In this document: one piece after another, positions 42,137 to 42,547 of the stretch
How positions within the stretch are numbered: the first letter of the stretch is position 1
How the letters are laid out: every line of letters begins with the position of its first letter
Notes under the pieces: model-generated
Databases searched by the model: none
Told to the model about the DNA's origin: nothing
The model's input: the letters and a program-made list of their open reading frames with translations, nothing else
Position numbers and translations under genes: made by a program
Source of the DNA: a virus
Lineage: Duplodnaviria > Caudoviricetes
Direction: 5' to 3' (one strand)
Length of the DNA stretch: 42,547 nucleotides
IMG/VR virus record: IMGVR_UViG_3300037463_000059
Location: 1 to 42,547 of that record

Positions 42137-42547
42137 ATGCTCAACTCGCTTTATGCAAGGCTCGGCCTCGGCCTGGCCGCCCTCATCCTCATCGGCCTCG
42201 CCGCGTTCGCGATCAAGTCGGGCATCGACAAGATCGACCGGCAGGGGCGGCAGATTGCCAACCTCCAGCGCGACCTCGCCGCGGAGAAGGCGGCTCGGAA
42301 AGCCGACGTCGCCGGGCTCACCATCTTGTCCCAGGGAGTGGTCGCGGCCGCGTCGGCTCGAGCCCTGGACGACAAGCTACTGGCGGAGACGATCGATGCG
42401 AAAAACCCACAGCCTGTCAGTCCTGGCCTTGCTGACTTCCTTGACGGCCTGCGCAAGCAGCGGCCGCCCGCGCGCGGCGGCGTTGCCGGCGCCGCCCCCC
42501 GCCCTCGTCCAGTCCCTGCCGGCGGAGCCCGAGGTCCCGGCCGGTAA
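42137..42547 (+). CDS. Inner-membrane spanin (Rz-like)
   Basis: GGAG RBS; N-terminal TM LGLGLAALILIGLAAFAI then coiled coil; TAA at 42545-42547. Confidence 0.8.
   Translation: MLNSLYARLGLGLAALILIGLAAFAIKSGIDKIDRQGRQIANLQRDLAAEKAARKADVAGLTILSQGVVAAASARALDDKLLAETIDAKNPQPVSPGLADFLDGLRKQRPPARGGVAGAAPRPRPVPAGGARGPGR
42396..42547 (+). CDS. Outer-membrane spanin lipoprotein (Rz1-like), overlapping in +1 frame, partial
   Basis: GGAG RBS; own translation MRKTHSLSVLALLTSLTAC-ASSGRPRAAALPAPPP; lipobox LTAC and Pro-rich. Confidence 0.8.
   Translation, partial: MRKTHSLSVLALLTSLTACASSGRPRAAALPAPPPALVQSLPAEPEVPAG

Larger units (their letters stand above)
1..42547. mobile_element. Lambda-like temperate siphovirus prophage (partial, extends beyond both window ends)
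   Basis: Continuous phage modules: cI/cro switch, primase, cos, terminase, portal, Clp-capsid, tail, tape measure, lysis; no host housekeeping genes seen. Confidence 0.97.

Overview
The whole window is one high-GC, lambda-like temperate siphophage or prophage, running off both ends (no integrase or att site is visible). Gene families point to an alphaproteobacterial host, probably Sphingomonadaceae-like; this is inference. Order: leftward early arm (Gly/Asp/Tyr-repeat protein, DUF6948-like protein, long C5 DNA methyltransferase), immunity region (lipoprotein, XRE repressor, Cro, with mirror-image PL/PR promoters and CTTAC-N7-GTAAG operators), rightward early arm (CII-like, J-domain, helicase-methyltransferase fusion, Lar-like, DUF4326), PrimPol-D5 primase/helicase with a putative origin, a DUF6362-like regulator, a lambda-type cos site, an initiator-type tRNA-Met, head genes, tail genes (with a -1 frameshift and an M23-containing tape measure) and a lysis cassette. 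The most unusual element is a membrane-anchored PAS-like protein with no output domain heading the lysis cassette, in addition to a separate holin-like gene. Other points of interest are a variant tRNA-fMet between cos and terS, antisense paralogous mini-genes nested in the early operons, a candidate -1 frameshift in cro and a repeated RBS-occluding hairpin at gene junctions. Family names come from motif recognition by eye, not from database searches.
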